From Oscillospiraceae bacterium (GTDB taxonomy: Bacteria > Bacillota > Clostridia > Oscillospirales > CAG-272), in assembly GCA_015064735.1 (NCBI GenBank), contig SVRP01000006.1, positions 38,037 to 102,036 of the forward strand: a stretch of 64,000 bases of DNA. Reading direction: 5' to 3'. This document shows positions 60,301-64,000 of the stretch, in pieces. Position numbers and translations under genes: made by a program. The notes under the pieces were generated by a model. It was given only the letters and a program-made list of their open reading frames with translations. It was not told the origin of the DNA and made no database searches. Each line of letters opens with the position of its first letter. Positions within the stretch are counted from its first letter, which is position 1.

Positions 60301-60343
60301 CAACAGTCAGAATCGCTACTAACAGCGCAACCGTCTTTTTCAT
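57338..60343 (-). CDS. BspA-type (LRR_5) leucine-rich repeat surface protein
   Basis: Some 30 repeats of IGxxAFxxCxxLxxIxIPxSV; N-terminal hydrophobic anchor; start at MKKTVA. Confidence 0.92.
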   Translation of the reverse strand: MKKTVALLVAILTVAVIAAVAVVAFRKPNVTITEYILQDESTDISDTDQKGSEGPGQVLPDSKGLLFELNPDNESYTLTGIGDCDDTDIVIPSEYNGLPVAAIGNNAFKNLETVKSISIPDSIAKIGTLAFLGCKGLTEIDIPDSVTEIGYQAFKNCGSLTSIEVPGSIKEIGVLTFADCTSLETVTFAENSALETIGGEAFSGCTSLRNIEFPSGLTNIGQMAFKGCDGLEKIEISASVKNIDYFAFNNCDNLKAVVFAEDSLLENIGNGAFGGCDGLLDIMFPKSIINIGSNAFADCNKLHTVTFDNNGALESIGLNAFANCNNLKWVNLPQSGRLDSIGGFAFSKCKSLEEIVLPASLTNIGESAFLECSMLERIILPTGLKTIGKSAFSGCLLLESIEIPGSVEAIGESAFSGCMLLKTVIFAENSKLTQLSNGLFRDCGFLESIEIPNSVTVINESVFAGCTNLESIEIPAKVKEIKAYAFNGCSTLETLSFAENSELEILGSRVFENCIEFSEIKLPASLKNIGEGTFFEMEKLKSVSFEEGSMLSEIGKNAFYCCKLLESIEIPSSVKSIGALAFYGCSGLSQVDIADSSNLESIGDTAFANCKNLKSIKIPCGVKIIEKNTFNNCSGLVQIDIADGSALESIGKFAFSDCSALLNINLPSSLTSIEEEAFSGCYCLVTVTLGENIKLVDVGKKAFAYCPTRIFNKYDNAYYLGTGTNMYAVLVCPVDNYITSCTVHEDARLIAQNAFSGCVELVSVDMSDGVEYICNYAFAGCTALKRVTLSGNIGSYAFSECLNLAEIEISDGIETIGNYAFSRCNGLTEVKIPSTVVSIGNCAFYKCDRLQSITLPFVGVSKDSEKYSHFGYIFNDAPNSYMPPAVPASLRSVVITDADVIPNDAFRNCDIESIELPGSLKSIGAGAFEGCEYLKRVSLGASSQLENIGGYAFSGCNRLSDISYGGTVGQWSGVQKDKYWKANSGNYTVRCTDGTLSKYDS

Positions 60344-60391
60344 CTCAGCATCCTCCTTTCCGGCATTTTGAATCATTAAATATATCTATTT

Positions 60392-61774
60392 TTACTTCCC
60401 AACACAGAATTTTGAAAAAATTTCCGACACTATTTCTTCTCCAAGCTCTCTGCCGTCCACCTCGCCAATGTATGACAGTGCCGACTCGATTGCCACGCAG
60501 CAAAGGTCAAGGGGAATTCCCGCCTCAAGATCGCAAAGCGCGGAGTAAAGTGCCTCATCTGCAAGCTTCAAGGACGCATACTGTCTTGCTCCGCTTACTA
60601 CGGCATCATTTTTTATATCTATATCTCCGTCTATGAACAGACGGTCAATAAGCTCTCCAAGCTCCGAAAAGCCCTCTCCCGAAACTGCCGACACCCTCAG
60701 TGTATTCTCAAACGTATCGGTTATGAATTTCATATCGCAATGCTCGGATACGTCGCTTTTATTTATAAGAGCGACAGTTGGGGTATCGAGTACGTTTATG
60801 ACGTAATCTATAAGTCCTCTGTCCTCATCGGTCAGCGGCTTTGCCCCGTCAAAAACGGCAAGTATAAGCCCCGCTTGGCTCATTTCGGCTTTTGTTCGTT
60901 CTATTCCCATGCTTTCGACCACATCGTCGGTCTCACGCAAGCCTGCCGTGTCGCATAGTCTGAGTAACGTCTTGCCGAGAGTGGCGCTTTCTTTCAGACA
61001 GTCCCTCGTGGTTCCCTCGATATCTGTAACTATTGCTGCATCATATCCGAGAATTCTGTTGTAAACCGAGCTTTTTCCCGCATTTGTTCTTCCGCAGATG
61101 ACCGTAGGTATTCCCTCGTTTACTGCCCTGCCTGTACCGTAGGTAGACGCAAGGCGCCTTATATTTTCAAGCGAGTCTCTGACCGTTTCGCATATCTCGT
61201 CTCTGCTCATTTCGGATAGATCCTCATCGGGGAAATCTATTGCCGCGTAAACTGAGGTAAGTGTTTCTCGGAGTGAAAGATATATTTTTTCGGTTCTGTC
61301 GGCAAGTCCGCCTCTCATTCCGTTTCTTGCAAGAATCATTTGGGTGTCGCTTTTGGCTTCAAGAAGATTTCCGAGAGCTTCGGCCTCGGACAGTCTCATT
61401 TTCCCGTTTATGTATGCGCGCCTTGTGAATTCTCCCGCCTCTGCGGCACGGGCACCCGCCATGAGAGCCGCCCCGAATACCTTCTGCGTTACGAGAATTC
61501 CACCGTGGCAGGTTATCTCCACCGTATCCTCTCCCGTAAATGAATTAGGTCCCTTGAAGTAGACCGCCATTACGTCGTCAACCGAGTCCCCGTCTATTCG
61601 GATCTCTCCGTAATACATCCTTCCCTTTTCCTTTTTTGAGAGCTTTTCTTCGCTTGAAGAAAAGAAAATTCTGTCCCCCACGTCAAGAGCCTCCGCCCCC
61701 GATATGCGTATAAGAGCAACTCCACCCTTACCGTAGGGAGTGCTTATGGCGGCTATTGTATCTGATAGTTTCAT
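60392..61774 (-). CDS. mnmE: tRNA modification GTPase MnmE
   Basis: TIAAISTP, SFTGEDTVEITCHGG, GEFTRRAY, NAGKSS, GTTRD, DTAGLR, FSKFCVGK. Confidence 0.97.
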   Translation of the reverse strand: MKLSDTIAAISTPYGKGGVALIRISGAEALDVGDRIFFSSSEEKLSKKEKGRMYYGEIRIDGDSVDDVMAVYFKGPNSFTGEDTVEITCHGGILVTQKVFGAALMAGARAAEAGEFTRRAYINGKMRLSEAEALGNLLEAKSDTQMILARNGMRGGLADRTEKIYLSLRETLTSVYAAIDFPDEDLSEMSRDEICETVRDSLENIRRLASTYGTGRAVNEGIPTVICGRTNAGKSSVYNRILGYDAAIVTDIEGTTRDCLKESATLGKTLLRLCDTAGLRETDDVVESMGIERTKAEMSQAGLILAVFDGAKPLTDEDRGLIDYVINVLDTPTVALINKSDVSEHCDMKFITDTFENTLRVSAVSGEGFSELGELIDRLFIDGDIDIKNDAVVSGARQYASLKLADEALYSALCDLEAGIPLDLCCVAIESALSYIGEVDGRELGEEIVSEIFSKFCVGK

Positions 61775-61785
61775 GGATTCTCCTT

Positions 61786-61819
61786 AAAAAATAAGGCCGC
61801 CGCATATGCGACAGCCTTA
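61786..61819 (-). terminator. terminator-like hairpin directly upstream of the mnmE RBS
   Basis: Minus strand TAAGGCTGTCGCAT/ATGCGGCGGCCTTA followed by T6. Confidence 0.7.
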
Positions 61820-61833
61820 CAGTTGAAATAAAA

Positions 61834-62040
61834 TTACGCTTCGATTACGTCGTCGTCATCCGCGTCAACGTCGCACTCATCGCACTCGTCGAGAAGATCG
61901 TCGCACTCATAAACGAGATCCTCGGTATATCTCTTAACGAGCTTATAGATGATAAATGCAATTACGCCAACAACTGCGATGCATGCAAGGCTTATAGCGA
62001 TAATTTTGCCGTAGTTAGTCTTCTTCTTTCTGAAAAACAT
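61834..62040 (-). CDS. small single-pass membrane protein with acidic Cys-containing tail
   Basis: AGGAGG RBS; RKKK, one TM, then ECDDLLDECDECDVDADDDD. Confidence 0.75.
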   Translation of the reverse strand: MFFRKKKTNYGKIIAISLACIAVVGVIAFIIYKLVKRYTEDLVYECDDLLDECDECDVDADDDDVIEA

Positions 62041-62184
62041 AATTATTTCCTCCTTGGTATAAATAATCTTGTTGATTATAGTATATCATATTTTTAAAAA
62101 AATGCAATATAATTCTTAAAATTTTTTTAAAAATTTCAAAATTTTTATATAATATACTCAAAAATCATAATATTTTGCCACATC

Positions 62185-64000
62185 TCACCTTTTTTTGAAA
62201 TTTTTACGGCTTATAACCGCCTCTCCGCCGGTAAGAAGTATCATTTTTACGGCTGATGCGCTGAAATCCTGCGCTACAACACGCAGAGGTTTATCAAGAA
62301 CTCCTCTTCCAAGCACCTTGACACTTCCTACCTTTTGCCCAACGAGCTTCTTTTCCTTAAGAGAATTTAGGGTAACGGTATCCCCCGCATAAAACATTCG
62401 AGATATAGTATCTATATTTATTTCAGCCTTACGGGTTCCCTTGTATTCCTCGGTGCCGCCGTTCTCTTCACTTCGTCCTCTGTTAGCCTCCTCATCGCTC
62501 ATAAGCATTTCGGCTTCCTCCGCGCTTACGGAAGGCAAAGGAAGAGCAACAGAAAGCTCCTCGGCAAGCTCGGCTTCTTCGGTAATATAATTTTCCTCGC
62601 CGTCCGAGTTGTCTCCTTCGTACAGCTCCGCCGCCTCACGTTTTTCTCTTTCTGTGTCTGTCTCAGCAGAAGCTACGCTTTCGACTGCGCATGCAGCAAG
62701 ACATGGAACTGCCGATTCGGGAAGCTCCGCAATATCCGGAGCCGGCTTTTGCATTTTCTTTGCCGATATTTTCCGTTTCAGCTCCGCAATATCCGGCAAA
62801 AGGAGATAAGCTATGGCAAAAGAAAGCGCCACTGCGGCTGTTCCGAGAATGATCACTGCAGAAAGTCCGCCCTTTGGTGAATATTTCGCGCCGAGAATCA
62901 CGGGAATGAATCCCTCAAGAGCTATACCCTCTCCGTCCTGCTCATTCCTTTTCTTTCTTCTTGACACCACCGCGCAAAGTATCAGTATTTCGCATAAAAC
63001 AATAATGCAAAGGCATATTATCAAAGGCATAAGATTTACCCTTCCCTCGGTGATCACATAGTATTTTGAAAAGTGTCCGGTAGTAAAATCAATACTTGTG
63101 TCGATTGAGGTAACATCGTAAAATTCTGCCGTACCGTCATCTCTTACAAATACGATTCCGAGAATCTCAGACGTGTCCGTTCCCTCCGGAAGAAGAAACG
63201 ATACCTTATATTCTCGGCCATCTGCATAATAATCGGCTCCGAGACATATATCCACAGCCGCAAGTATATTGCAGTTTTTTATTTTCTTCAAAAGTGATTT
63301 CCTTAGTGAGCTTCCGTCAGAATAGAATATTCTTTTATTCTTTGCCGCCTTTCTGAGAATCTCATCTATATCCTCCGCATTTGTGTGAAAAATAGTCAAT
63401 ACGGCATCCGAGCTTATTCCTCCGGGGGAATATACCGTACCAACGTATCCGTTTTCCTCGGGTGAATATCCTTCGGGAGCAAGAAGCGCACCGTCTTGGG
63501 TAACCGTACCTCCCTCGGTATAAGCCCGGTCGGTATTCACTCCTCTGAGCAGCGCCTTTCTTTCTTCGGTGAATTTGCGGATTTCATCGGGTGTTACCGA
63601 GTCCTGAAGCCGTCCGAGCTCAAAGATAGAGCGATTATATATTTCCTCAAGCATAGCAAGCCCGTCCGCAGAATAACAGTCCTTTTTATTCAGAAGGCGA
63701 CCGTACTCGGCAAACAGAGCCTCTTTGCCCTCTCTTTTGGCGGTATCAACAAGATTTTCTATCTTTTTAATGTCCTCAAGAGCTTGGTCTCTCAGTACCT
63801 CATACTCGGATATATTCTGTGCTGCTTCAAGACCTTGCTCGAAGCTGTCTACAAGCTTAATGAGCGCCTCGTAATTTTCCTTGGAATATTCCGCTTTAGC
63901 TCCCACCCTTGACCTGACCTCATTTTTTACAGAAGCAAGACAGGTGTTTTTTTCTTCCTCTCTCGCCGTTTGTAAAATCGAATTCAGATCCTCAACCGCT
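62185..64000 (-). CDS. large surface/membrane protein with helical repeats, HFS motif, TM segments and C-terminal uL15-like domain (5' end beyond window)
   Basis: Frame checked open from 63906 to the window edge; C-terminal EINIDTIS..VTLNSLKEKKLV..VKVLGRGVLDKPLRVVAQDFSASAVKMI..GGEA matches the uL15 C-domain pattern. Confidence 0.85.
   Translation of the reverse strand, partial: AVEDLNSILQTAREEEKNTCLASVKNEVRSRVGAKAEYSKENYEALIKLVDSFEQGLEAAQNISEYEVLRDQALEDIKKIENLVDTAKREGKEALFAEYGRLLNKKDCYSADGLAMLEEIYNRSIFELGRLQDSVTPDEIRKFTEERKALLRGVNTDRAYTEGGTVTQDGALLAPEGYSPEENGYVGTVYSPGGISSDAVLTIFHTNAEDIDEILRKAAKNKRIFYSDGSSLRKSLLKKIKNCNILAAVDICLGADYYADGREYKVSFLLPEGTDTSEILGIVFVRDDGTAEFYDVTSIDTSIDFTTGHFSKYYVITEGRVNLMPLIICLCIIVLCEILILCAVVSRRKKRNEQDGEGIALEGFIPVILGAKYSPKGGLSAVIILGTAAVALSFAIAYLLLPDIAELKRKISAKKMQKPAPDIAELPESAVPCLAACAVESVASAETDTEREKREAAELYEGDNSDGEENYITEEAELAEELSVALPLPSVSAEEAEMLMSDEEANRGRSEENGGTEEYKGTRKAEINIDTISRMFYAGDTVTLNSLKEKKLVGQKVGSVKVLGRGVLDKPLRVVAQDFSASAVKMILLTGGEAVISRKNFKKR

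Noticed and set aside
62185-62430. Calling the last ORF the housekeeping rplO
   Set aside because: It lacks the N-terminal GRG-rich uL15 extension and spc-operon context, and is fused to a large membrane protein.

Overview
Chromosomal core region of an anaerobic, probably spore-forming Clostridia-class (Bacillota) bacterium. The lineage is inferred from nifJ, the yloC-remA-gmk-rpoZ-priA-def-fmt-rsmB-rlmN block, rpmG-secE-nusG-rplK-rplA and a spoVM-like microgene. About 60 CDS, one tRNA-Ser(GGA), many intrinsic terminators and near-consensus sigma-A promoters were recognised. No transposase, integrase, phage module or CRISPR-Cas was recognised. Most unusual items: (1) two copies of a ~200-230 bp modular hairpin repeat downstream of tRNA-Ser, each inserted straight after a terminator and followed by a self-contained promoter-ORF-terminator unit; (2) a window-truncated surface protein with helical repeats, a juxtamembrane HFS putative autoproteolysis motif, membrane segments and a C-terminal ribosomal uL15-like domain; (3) a kinase-less PASTA protein where stp-pknB normally sits; (4) a CN-hydrolase/glycerophosphodiesterase fusion beside a glycerol-3-phosphate oxidoreductase-type cluster; (5) a degenerate AsnB-like gene divergent from spoVM with sigma-E-like promoters; (6) a structured intergenic segment near 34.2-34.4 kb. 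All family assignments are by-eye motif recognition; no database searches were run.
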